Part shown: piece after piece, positions 41,778 to 50,325 of the stretch | How the letters are laid out: each line of letters starts with the position of its first letter | Position numbering within the stretch: position 1 is the stretch's first letter | Assembly (NCBI GenBank): GCA_965197525.1 | Contig: OZ240211.1 | Location: forward strand, 1,376,001 to 1,440,000 | DNA length: 64,000 bases | Reading direction: 5' to 3' | From: Nitrosopumilus sp. | GTDB lineage: Archaea; Thermoproteota; Nitrososphaeria; Nitrososphaerales; Nitrosopumilaceae | Program-made: the position numbers and the translations under genes | The notes under the pieces: model-generated | What the model was told of the DNA's origin: nothing | The model's database searches: none | The model's input: the letters and a program-made list of their open reading frames with translations, nothing else

Positions 41778-41954
41778 ATGCCTTTGATTACTGTATCAAT
41801 GTATCCTGGCAGAACTCAGGAACAAAAAGACAAATACGCAAAAGCAATAACAAAATCAGCAGTTGAGATTTTAAAGACAAAAGAGAATCACGTTATTGTT
41901 GTTTTTGAAGACAATCCCAAAGAAAATTGGTTTCTAGCTGGAAATCAACTTTAA
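41778..41954 (+). CDS. 4-oxalocrotonate tautomerase-family protein (not in ORF track)
   Basis: MPLITVSMYPGRTQEQKDKYAKAITKSAVEILKTKENHVIVVFEDNPKENWFLAGNQL*; catalytic Pro1. Confidence 0.85.
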   Translation: MPLITVSMYPGRTQEQKDKYAKAITKSAVEILKTKENHVIVVFEDNPKENWFLAGNQL

Positions 41955-42057
41955 CTATTTTTCCTTTTAAAATATTTGCTACGAGAAACATTGTTTATTT
42001 TAATTACTATTCCTATCACAAGTTTATCCTTTTATTACCATTCTATTAATTGATTTT

Positions 42058-42864
42058 ATGAAAATTGCAGTAGTTCAATTCAAGGCGTCTACTAACAAAG
42101 CAGTTAATCTTAAAAAAATTATCTCATTTATTGCAGATGCTGCATCTAAAGATGCAGTTATGTGTGCATTTCCCGAATTTATGATGTTTTATACAAGTTC
42201 AACCCAATCTCCGAAACAACTATCGAATTTATCAGAAACAATTAACGGAAGTTTTGTACGATCTATTGCAAAAGCTGCAAAAGACAACTGCATTCAGGTT
42301 ATAGGTTCATTTTATGAGAAGAGCAGGAAACAAGACCGTGTTTATGATACTACTTTTATAATTGACGAGTCAGGCACAACGATCTCTATTTATAGAAAAA
42401 TTCACCTGTATGATGCATTAGGATTTCGAGAATCTGACAAAATGATACGAGGATCTAAAATTACCAAACCCGCAAAGACATCTATTGGTAAAGTAGGCAT
42501 GCTAATCTGTTATGATTTAAGATTTCCAGAGATGTCAAGATCACTTGCAGCGTCTGGTTCTGAAGTGCTAGTAGTACCATCTGCTTGGGTTAAAGGTAAA
42601 ATGAAAGAAGATCATTGGATTACAATCAATAAAACACGAGCAATTGAGAACGGATGTTATGTTATCGCACCGGATCAAATTGGACATATTTACTGTGGAC
42701 GCAGCTTGGTAGTCGATCCTTATGGAAAGATTTTACTTGATATGAAAAAGAGACAGGGAATTGGTTTTGTTAACATTGATTTAGATAAAGTAAAACAAAC
42801 ACGTGAACTCTTACCACTACTTGAAAATAGAAGAACAGATGTTTATCCTACTCTGAAGATATAG
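42058..42864 (+). CDS. Carbon-nitrogen hydrolase (Nit family)
   Basis: FPE, YRKIHLYD, ICYDLRFPE catalytic E-K-C. Confidence 0.92.
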   Translation: MKIAVVQFKASTNKAVNLKKIISFIADAASKDAVMCAFPEFMMFYTSSTQSPKQLSNLSETINGSFVRSIAKAAKDNCIQVIGSFYEKSRKQDRVYDTTFIIDESGTTISIYRKIHLYDALGFRESDKMIRGSKITKPAKTSIGKVGMLICYDLRFPEMSRSLAASGSEVLVVPSAWVKGKMKEDHWITINKTRAIENGCYVIAPDQIGHIYCGRSLVVDPYGKILLDMKKRQGIGFVNIDLDKVKQTRELLPLLENRRTDVYPTLKI

Positions 42865-43414
42865 TCTTTCTACTTTCACAATTAAAATTTGCGCACTGTT
42901 TTGTCCATTTTTGATTTCGTGAATAACGAAAAATTATCATTGGCCATTTACATATATTACATGGAGTTTTTGTTGCTCTTAATCTTGCTTTTTGTAATAA
43001 CGGTGATGATGCTTTACACCCGCCATAAAAATTAGAGCATCCCATAAATCGTTTTTTTGTTGTCCTTGATCTAATTATCATAAGCTCTCCAAGCATACAT
43101 TCAGGACATTTTACAAGTCCATTTTTTGGAGAATTAGTTCCAAGAATAATGTATTTTTTTTCTTTGGCAGACCACGATAGATATCCTCCAGTATCTAGAT
43201 ATTGCATGATCTCTTTTTTGAAAATATCAGTTTTTGATTTTGTAATTTTTACTATGTCTCTTACCGGTTCTTTTTTATTCCGAGTATTTTTTACAGTTGT
43301 ATTCTTTGCTACCTTTTTCTTTAATGCCGATTTCTTTAGAGTTACCGTCTTCTCAATTTTTGCCCTTTTCTTTAACACCGTTCTCTTTTTATTTTGCCCT
43401 TTCATCTTTAACAC
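42848..43414 (-). CDS. Topoisomerase-I-type C4 zinc-finger protein with basic N-terminus
   Basis: CPEC..G.LMIIRS...KRFMGCSNF..C, C..C.WPM...C. Confidence 0.7.
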   Translation of the reverse strand: MLKMKGQNKKRTVLKKRAKIEKTVTLKKSALKKKVAKNTTVKNTRNKKEPVRDIVKITKSKTDIFKKEIMQYLDTGGYLSWSAKEKKYIILGTNSPKNGLVKCPECMLGELMIIRSRTTKKRFMGCSNFYGGCKASSPLLQKARLRATKTPCNICKWPMIIFRYSRNQKWTKQCANFNCESRKTISSE

Positions 43415-43502
43415 TACCTTCTATGATGATGATGGTGCTTAATGGTATTCTCCTTTGTGATTACTAAAACAATTTTTATAGGGACATTCGTTAGTAGCGT
43501 TT

Positions 43503-44657
43503 GTGGAAAAAGTTTGCGTTCTTGGTGCCGGTAGTACCAAATATGGGAAATTAGAAGATAGTATAGGTGATATTACTACTCAAGCATCGGTTTTAGCCAT
43601 TGAAAGTGCTGGAATTGATCCAAAGGATATCAAAGCAGCCTATATCTCAAATGTTTTTGGGGTAGCCGATAAACAGGTTCACTTGGGCCCTGTATTGATG
43701 AGCAATCTTGGAATCTCAGATAAACCTTCTTTATCAATAGAATCCGCTTGTGGCAGCGGTTCTGTATCATTTAGAGAGGCATATGCTAATGTTGCAGCTG
43801 GGTTTTACGACTGTCTAGTTGTAACTGGTGTTGAAAAAGTCACTCATACAGGTACTGAATGGACCACAACCTACTTTGCATACTGTTCTGATTTTTTCTA
43901 CGAAGGCCAAGCTGGTGCATCATTTCCTGGCCTGTTTGCATCCATGGCACGAGCATATTTGACTGAATTTAACGCAACTGAAGAAGATTTTGCAAGAGTT
44001 GCGGTAAAAAATCATGAAAACGGAGTATTAAATTCCAAAGCACATCTACAAAAGAGGATCACCCTTGATGATGTAATGAACTCACCAGTTGTTGCTAGTC
44101 CCCTAAAACTTTATGATTGTTGTCCATTCTCTGATGGTGCAAGCTCTGTCATACTTTGTTCTGAAAAATTTGCAAAAGAACATGGCAATGACTATATCGA
44201 AGTAATTGGTTCAGGCAGAGGTGGTTCCCCTGCATCTCTGCAAGGACGTGATCATTTGACGACAATACCTAGTACAAAACTTGCTGCAAAAGCTGCATAC
44301 GACATGGCAGGTATTACTGCAAAAGATGTAGATTTTGCAGAAGTACACGACTGTTTTACTATTGCAGAGATTGTTGATACTGAAGATCTAGGATTCTTTG
44401 ATAAAGGACAGGGTGTTTCAGCTGTTCGTGAAGGCAGAACAAAACTAAATTCTGACATTTCTATTAATCCGTCTGGTGGTCTTAAATCTAAAGGACATCC
44501 AATTGGCGCTACTGGTGTTGGGCAAGTAGTGGAAGTATTTGATCAACTAACCGGAAGAGCTGGTAAAAGAACTGTTGACAATGCAAAAATTGGTTTAACC
44601 CATAACTTTGGTGCAACTGGTGCAAGTTGTGCTGTTCATTTATTCCAAAGTGTCTAA
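43503..44657 (+). CDS. Thiolase (archaeal acetyl-CoA acetyltransferase type)
   Basis: ESACGSG, KNHENG, AEVHDCFT, GGLKSKGHPIGATG. Confidence 0.92.
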   Translation: MEKVCVLGAGSTKYGKLEDSIGDITTQASVLAIESAGIDPKDIKAAYISNVFGVADKQVHLGPVLMSNLGISDKPSLSIESACGSGSVSFREAYANVAAGFYDCLVVTGVEKVTHTGTEWTTTYFAYCSDFFYEGQAGASFPGLFASMARAYLTEFNATEEDFARVAVKNHENGVLNSKAHLQKRITLDDVMNSPVVASPLKLYDCCPFSDGASSVILCSEKFAKEHGNDYIEVIGSGRGGSPASLQGRDHLTTIPSTKLAAKAAYDMAGITAKDVDFAEVHDCFTIAEIVDTEDLGFFDKGQGVSAVREGRTKLNSDISINPSGGLKSKGHPIGATGVGQVVEVFDQLTGRAGKRTVDNAKIGLTHNFGATGASCAVHLFQSV

Positions 44658-44658
44658 A

Positions 44659-45024
44659 ATGTCTGTTAAAGAACAATTTATTGAAAATGCTAGACAAGGC
44701 AAAGTATTGGCTCATAAATGCACTAGTTGTGAATTATTACATCTCTCTACGGTATATTATTGTCAAAAGTGCGGTAGTAGCAAGTTTGAAGATGCTATAT
44801 TAAACGGTGTAGGCTCTATTGCTACTTATACTATCATAACTGTAGCTCCTGACGGCTTTGCCAAGTATACACCATATGCCTTTGTTGTACTTGCATTAGA
44901 TGATACAGCTTTAAGAATCTCGGGATTTATGGCAGGAATTGCTACTCCTGATGACTTGCCTGTAGGAACTAGAGCTAAAATTACTGGTTTTGACGAGCGT
45001 GGTATTATAATTGAAAAACAGTAA
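44659..45024 (+). CDS. DUF35 Zn-ribbon/OB-fold thiolase partner
   Basis: C-x2-C..C-x2-C, G.IATYT, PYAF.V..LD; ATG 44659. Confidence 0.88.
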   Translation: MSVKEQFIENARQGKVLAHKCTSCELLHLSTVYYCQKCGSSKFEDAILNGVGSIATYTIITVAPDGFAKYTPYAFVVLALDDTALRISGFMAGIATPDDLPVGTRAKITGFDERGIIIEKQ

Positions 45025-45093
45025 AATAATTTACCCTAATTATTAAAAAAATCCAAAGTACATTTTAATTATTTTGTATATCTGATTATTTTT

Positions 45094-45255
45094 ATGTCAG
45101 TAGAAATTATTTGTGGAAAATGCGGTGAAAAGATACATAACATGAAGATGCTCAAATCTTTGAAGGATGTACTAAATACATCCGATGGCAAATGTCCATC
45201 ATGCGGCCAAAAACTTTCTACAGCTGAGTTTTCACTTGACGTTCAAGAAAACTAA
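45094..45255 (+). CDS. 53-aa CPxCG-type zinc-finger microprotein (not in ORF track)
   Basis: MSVEIICGKCGEKI...GKCPSCGQKL... Confidence 0.75.
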   Translation: MSVEIICGKCGEKIHNMKMLKSLKDVLNTSDGKCPSCGQKLSTAEFSLDVQEN

Positions 45256-45306
45256 TTTCAAAAACTAGTTTGAATGCATGTAAAAACATCCTCGTCGTAG
45301 TCTAGA

Positions 45307-45426
45307 TGATGGATCGACCCCTTGTGAAACATGTGCTTCGCGCACTTTAGTTTGAATGGGGCAATCCGAGCTGCTGCGTTCCTGTGCTTCGCGCACTGAT
45401 AGGTGATTGCAGCCTCCGATCCATCA
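45307..45426 (+). ncRNA. Candidate bridge RNA of the IS110 element
   Basis: 10-bp closing stem (45307-45316 / 45417-45426) enclosing two stem/internal-loop/hairpin domains with identical GTGC-TTCGC-GCAC caps; loop arms match the target and donor sites. Confidence 0.8.
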
Positions 45427-45440
45427 AAAACAATCCGCAA

Positions 45441-45448
45441 GGAGGTGA
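45441..45448 (+). promoter_or_regulatory. Shine-Dalgarno GGAGGTGA of the IS110 recombinase
   Basis: 8 nt upstream of ATG 45457. Confidence 0.7.
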
Positions 45449-45456
45449 TAAAAAGG

Positions 45457-46557
45457 ATGAGAAATATTGGAATAGACATTAGCAAGAGAAAATGCGTAGT
45501 ATGTGTAATGGATGACAAGGGAAGAATACTAGAGGAAACTACATATGACAATACGCTAGAAGATGCAAAAGAGTTTGCAGGCAGGATGAAAAGAGAGTAC
45601 GGCAGGAGAAGAGGACAGTGCCGTGCTGCATGCGAGACTACAGGAAACATGTGGCTCAAGACATTTGAGGCATTTGAGGAACACGACATACCAATCCAGC
45701 TTGCCAACACCTACAAGATGAAGATAATATCAGATACCGACGTCAAGACGGATCCCATCGATGCACGAAAGATTGCCAACATACTTCGTGTAGAGATGAT
45801 TCCCCAGTGTTATGTGGCGCCACCTGCGTTGCGTGATGCCAGAGAGCTGCTCAGGTACAGAATAAGCATGGTCCAGGCAAGGACTGCACTTATCAACTAT
45901 ACACACGGTCTGCTTGACAAGTACGATGTAAGACTGAACGTCTCAAACATGTACAGCAAAAAAGCCATCGGACTGCTCTCACATACAGAACTGAAAAGAC
46001 CAAACGACAACCTGATACTGAAGAACTGTGCCAAAAGAATTGCACATGTCACAGAAGAGATAACAAATGTCGAAACAGAGATAGACAAACAGGCCGCAGT
46101 AAACGATGATGCAAGACTGCTTATGAGCATGACAGGACTGGATGTATTTGCATCAATGCTTGTCGTATCAGAGATTGGGGACATATCAAGATTCAAAACC
46201 CCCGAACACTTGGTCTCATGGGCAGGCATGTGTCCCACCGTCTACCAATCAGGTGATGTAACACATCATGGCCGCATGAAAAAGGCAGCAAACGGAAGAA
46301 TAAACTGGATACTTATTCAAGCAGCAAACGTGGCAGCAAGACACGATGACAAGTTAAAGGAGTTCTATGAGAGATGCAAAAAAAGACATGGCGGCAAACA
46401 TGTGATTACAGTAACACATGTGGCAAACAAGATGATACGAATCATTTGGGCCATACTGACCTTCAGGGAACCGTACAAGTCACGCAATGTACAAAGATAT
46501 GGCAGAAAGATGAAGAGAATGAACAGTGTTCGACAGTCTATGCAGGGCACAGAATAG
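45457..46557 (+). CDS. IS110-family DEDD recombinase/transposase (366 aa)
   Basis: IGIDISK, ACETTG, KTDPIDA (D-E-D-D); C-terminal domain with TGLD, YQSG (Ser), KKAANGRINWIL; no frameshift. Confidence 0.95.
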   Translation: MRNIGIDISKRKCVVCVMDDKGRILEETTYDNTLEDAKEFAGRMKREYGRRRGQCRAACETTGNMWLKTFEAFEEHDIPIQLANTYKMKIISDTDVKTDPIDARKIANILRVEMIPQCYVAPPALRDARELLRYRISMVQARTALINYTHGLLDKYDVRLNVSNMYSKKAIGLLSHTELKRPNDNLILKNCAKRIAHVTEEITNVETEIDKQAAVNDDARLLMSMTGLDVFASMLVVSEIGDISRFKTPEHLVSWAGMCPTVYQSGDVTHHGRMKKAANGRINWILIQAANVAARHDDKLKEFYERCKKRHGGKHVITVTHVANKMIRIIWAILTFREPYKSRNVQRYGRKMKRMNSVRQSMQGTE

Positions 46558-46745
46558 CCAGCCAGTCACACATCCGTTGCAGTTTTGTTCCTAGCGATAG
46601 CTTTAAAAATATACACGTGTATTGTAGGCGTGGATCGAAGGCCAAATGGAAACCACGCGTGGCTGTGCCCGGATGTTTTAACATAGGTGTTTCATAACAT
46701 GCCACAGTTCTGACCCGATTGTATAGCATCTAGCCCATACTTTCA

Positions 46746-47816
46746 TCATACCATTGAGATCACCCTCTGAGTTATGTCTACGAACTGGTTGTAGCGCTGG
46801 ATCTTTAACGCTATCTCTTGAATAATGTTATCCATTGTTTTTGCCCTTACCGAACTTCCAAATATTCTCTTGAACGCAGAGAAGAATATCTCCACCTGCC
46901 ATCGGGAACCGTATTCCGCACGTTTTTTCCACTCGTTTTGGTTTTCCGCACGTTCCTTGATATCCATCTCATGGAATTTGGCAAGGCTTGTAGTGCCGCC
47001 ACCCAGCTGGTCAAGCGCTGCAATACCGCGTTCCCTGCTTATCCCCATTGCCTTGTATTCTGCATTGCGTCTTATCCTGATGATAGGTGTAATGCCGTAC
47101 TCTTTGCATATCTGAAAATTCTCCCTGCTGTCATATCCTGCATCTGCCTTGATCTTAATTTTAACATGATCTGGCGGTGGCCCAGTACCTGCAGCCATTA
47201 CTGTTGCGCGTCGTACATCTGGATCTATTCCCTTGTTCCTCAGTGCCTGTCTTATCAGGGGCTCGAACTGTGGGGAATCACCAATCTTTTCGTCAGTTAC
47301 CGTGAATCCAAGCACCCGCATGGTGTCCTGCTGTATCATGACACTGAGTCTTATGAAACCTGACTTGGTCTTTATCTTGTATTTGTATCGTATGTAGTCG
47401 CCTTTGGCAGACGGGGACATGCCTGTTCCATCTATGATGATCTGCAACACACTGTCTTTGCTCCTGACGGTTATGGTTCTGTCTGTAATGGATGTATCAA
47501 GACTCTTCGTTCTTCTCCACAGGGTAACGTGATCAGGTGCGTTTTCCTCACCCAGTGCAGCTATTGCCATTCCTTCCACACATCTGAATGCAATGCCCAG
47601 CTGTAGACGTATTCCGATTATGGCCATTATCAGGCACTCTGGATAGATGAACGGATGACCGTTTTTGCCTGCATTCATCCGTTTAAGTTCATCTACCATG
47701 TTGTCAGGAAGAACCAAATGTATCATCTTTCCTCGTTCCACATATCTTGCATCATTTTGCGCATGGCTCATGTGTAGCCGCGATTTTTGTTTGGTTCTGG
47801 TACCATCATGCGTCAT
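46746..47816 (-). CDS. IS5-family DDE transposase
   Basis: GHPFIYP, PDHVTLWRR, IIIDGTG (D), KADAGYD (D), RWQVEIFFSAFKRIFG (E). Confidence 0.9.
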   Translation of the reverse strand: MTHDGTRTKQKSRLHMSHAQNDARYVERGKMIHLVLPDNMVDELKRMNAGKNGHPFIYPECLIMAIIGIRLQLGIAFRCVEGMAIAALGEENAPDHVTLWRRTKSLDTSITDRTITVRSKDSVLQIIIDGTGMSPSAKGDYIRYKYKIKTKSGFIRLSVMIQQDTMRVLGFTVTDEKIGDSPQFEPLIRQALRNKGIDPDVRRATVMAAGTGPPPDHVKIKIKADAGYDSRENFQICKEYGITPIIRIRRNAEYKAMGISRERGIAALDQLGGGTTSLAKFHEMDIKERAENQNEWKKRAEYGSRWQVEIFFSAFKRIFGSSVRAKTMDNIIQEIALKIQRYNQFVDITQRVISMV

Positions 47817-48165
47817 ACCCGTCTACCTCCAGAACGCAGCACATAACTAATTTCGATTAACTTGCTGGAGAAAAGAAACTCACACGTAACATTAAATTGT
47901 CTTCCTGTGAAATATGGTTGGTGCGGATATCCTTTCATTTGTTGTGATCTGAAAGGATATTACGCTCCAGCTCTTTAAATGCGAAAGTTAGTTGCAGTTA
48001 ATCTGCAACTTGAATATCTATGACACTGTTTGTGGCAGGTTATGAAACAAACTATCAAAAACAAAACTAATAAAACAATTTTTCTATTTTTCAAAACAAT
48101 TATTTAAAAATATTTGAAATTATCCAGTCACAAGTCTTATTTACTCCTTTCTTTCAGAAACAACA

Positions 48166-50325
48166 ATGAAATCTAGTGACGATTTTGATGATGACGATAT
48201 AGATGATGATTTTGATGATGACGATATAGGTGATGACGATATAGGTGATGATCTAGATTCTGAACGAAGTGGCATTATGCAATCTCAGTCAAAGCGTGTT
48301 AAGATGATCTTTTCTGTTATGGCAAGTCCAAACAGAATCGATATACTTCGAATACTAAATTCTAAAGGCCCATTAACTTACTCTGAGTTAAAATCACATG
48401 CCGGATTCAAATCAAAAAAGGAAAGTGGCAAATTTGCATACCATTTGAGAAAATTATTACGTCAGTCACTTGTAGCGCTAAACAAATCTGAACGACGTTA
48501 CACTATTACAAATCTTGGAAAACTTGTTTTGAGTTTAGCACGACAAATTGAAGAAAGATCTATTATTGAAAGTGGCAAAATGTATGTTCGCACATCATCT
48601 GACTCAATTGAAGAGTTTAATTCACATAAAATAATTCAATCTCTAGTTCGTGAGGGAGGCCTTGCAGTAGAACTAGCACAAAAAATTACTGAAGAAGTCG
48701 AAAACCGGATTTACAAATATCAGACCACTTATCTTACCGGTGCCCTAATTCGAGAGATGGTTAATTCGGTGTTATTAGAACACGGTCATGAAGAGTATCG
48801 GAACAAACTTGCCCGTCTTGGATTGCCTGTATATGACGTTGAAGAGATGATCTCTAACTCAGATAGTGTTGATAATGGAGCCGAAGATCTGTTGTTTAGC
48901 ACAGGACAGCGAGTATTCACTGAGCATCTTTTAACAAACACGTTATCTAAGGATATAGCCGATTCTCACCTTTCTGGTGATTTACACATTACTAATCCTG
49001 GAATTTGGTCTATTATTCCAGATACAATATTTGTTAACGTTAAAGACTTGATCGAACACGGAATTGATTTTGGTGGGAAATACCTTGATGTATCAAGAAT
49101 TTCTGCATCAAAACATCTTGATGATATTGCAAGTTCATTATCTATAATTATCTCTCTTCTTTCAAAAGAAGCTTCTCAAGAAATTGTACTTGACGGATTT
49201 GTTTCACTGTTTACCAAACATCCAAAATTTTTACCAGATCTTGAACAAAAATTAACGAATATTCTTGCGACTATATCAACAACTTCCAAATATAATAAAA
49301 CTGGCACTGTTATTTCAATTCGTCTACACTTAGGAACTGATATGAAAATTGTCCGTTCCATCATCAATACGTATAGAAACTATACAAAGATGACACCAAT
49401 TCCAAGAATTGGTTTGATAATTGACGTAGATAAAGGAAAGCTAACTGATGTATCGCAAACATTATCTGAAATAATTTCACTTGGTGGCAAGATAACGTTT
49501 GCTAAAGATCAAACATCCAGTTACGGTATTACAAACAATTTTACAAAAACTTCTAGTCCACTCTCAATTGCATTACAATCTGTTTCAATAAACCTTCCAA
49601 GATTAGCATTTGAATCAAATAAAGATGAAACTTATTTTCGTGCAAGACTTGCACTATTAATGAAGCCTGTCCTAATTTCAATGGCATCAAGAAAAAAAGG
49701 GATCTCTGATCTTACCAGACGAGGCCTTAACCCAATTCTTGCTAAAAATACACAACATCTGCAAAGAAGTTCTGTCTCTCTTACTATAAACTTGATAGGA
49801 CTCAATGAAGCTGTTTTTAATATACTTGGACTATCTGATGATAGCCAAGGACGGGATATTCTTCACAAAGTAATTGAAACTGCAGTCGATGTTGGTGCTA
49901 AAAAAGGTAAAGAATTGGGCGAGACTGTATCTATCTCCATGATTGAATCTGACGGTTCTATTCGTTTTGCAGCCCTTGATAGTGAAAAATATGGCAAGAA
50001 CTCTGCTCCAAATCTAATGAAGGACGACTTTTACTCTCAAGGAATTGTATTTACTGCCTCTGATATCTCTGATCTTACTAGTAAAGACGAATCAATTCTT
50101 GAATGCAACAAACTCTTTAAATTACTTAACGGTGGACTACTTGTAACACTAAAGATTGACAACCGCGCCAAGGTTGAGGAGATTAAAAAATCTATAGAGC
50201 AGGCATCTAAACTCTTACCTTCCTTTAAACCTGTAAGACCTAGTATAGTTTGTGGTGAATGCGGTTTTAAAGACGAACCATTTGAAGAGAAATGCCCTCG
50301 ATGTAAATCGTCTTATATTATCTGA
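48166..50325 (+). CDS. ArsR-like HTH + ATP-cone + NrdD (class III RNR)-like fusion lacking the glycyl-radical motif
   Basis: ASPNRIDILRIL..FAYHLRKL..RYTITNLG; VRTS..IEEFN..KI ATP-cone; SGDLHI, SINLPRLA, IGLNEA; ends at C-x2-C..C-x2-C with no R(I/V)xGY. Confidence 0.8.
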   Translation: MKSSDDFDDDDIDDDFDDDDIGDDDIGDDLDSERSGIMQSQSKRVKMIFSVMASPNRIDILRILNSKGPLTYSELKSHAGFKSKKESGKFAYHLRKLLRQSLVALNKSERRYTITNLGKLVLSLARQIEERSIIESGKMYVRTSSDSIEEFNSHKIIQSLVREGGLAVELAQKITEEVENRIYKYQTTYLTGALIREMVNSVLLEHGHEEYRNKLARLGLPVYDVEEMISNSDSVDNGAEDLLFSTGQRVFTEHLLTNTLSKDIADSHLSGDLHITNPGIWSIIPDTIFVNVKDLIEHGIDFGGKYLDVSRISASKHLDDIASSLSIIISLLSKEASQEIVLDGFVSLFTKHPKFLPDLEQKLTNILATISTTSKYNKTGTVISIRLHLGTDMKIVRSIINTYRNYTKMTPIPRIGLIIDVDKGKLTDVSQTLSEIISLGGKITFAKDQTSSYGITNNFTKTSSPLSIALQSVSINLPRLAFESNKDETYFRARLALLMKPVLISMASRKKGISDLTRRGLNPILAKNTQHLQRSSVSLTINLIGLNEAVFNILGLSDDSQGRDILHKVIETAVDVGAKKGKELGETVSISMIESDGSIRFAALDSEKYGKNSAPNLMKDDFYSQGIVFTASDISDLTSKDESILECNKLFKLLNGGLLVTLKIDNRAKVEEIKKSIEQASKLLPSFKPVRPSIVCGECGFKDEPFEEKCPRCKSSYII

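Larger units (their letters stand above)
45271..46687 (+). mobile_element. IS110-family element (1417 bp), TG core, subterminal IRs
   Basis: Subterminal IR ATGTAAAAACATCC (45278-45291) / GGATGTTTTAACAT (46671-46684), 13/14, set 7 nt and 3 nt from the ends; TG at 45271-45272 and 46688-46689; precise removal restores the IS5 TIR. Confidence 0.9.
45266..48054 (-). mobile_element. IS5-family element (about 1372 bp) interrupted in one TIR by an IS110 element
   Basis: TIR TAGTTTGTTTCATAAC(A/C)TGCCAC: intact copy 48032-48054; other copy split into 45266-45272 + 46690-46705 (22/23); 8-bp TSD TCAAAAAC at 45258-45265 and 48055-48062. Confidence 0.88.

Noticed and set aside
45275-45276. Alternative IS110 left boundary using the second TG
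   Set aside because: It does not restore the IS5 TIR, loses the 7/3 subterminal-IR spacing, and gives a poorer donor-loop match than the TG at 45271-45272.
48166-50325. Functional anaerobic ribonucleotide reductase (nrdD)
   Set aside because: No glycyl-radical motif, no evident finger-loop Cys and no activase nearby.
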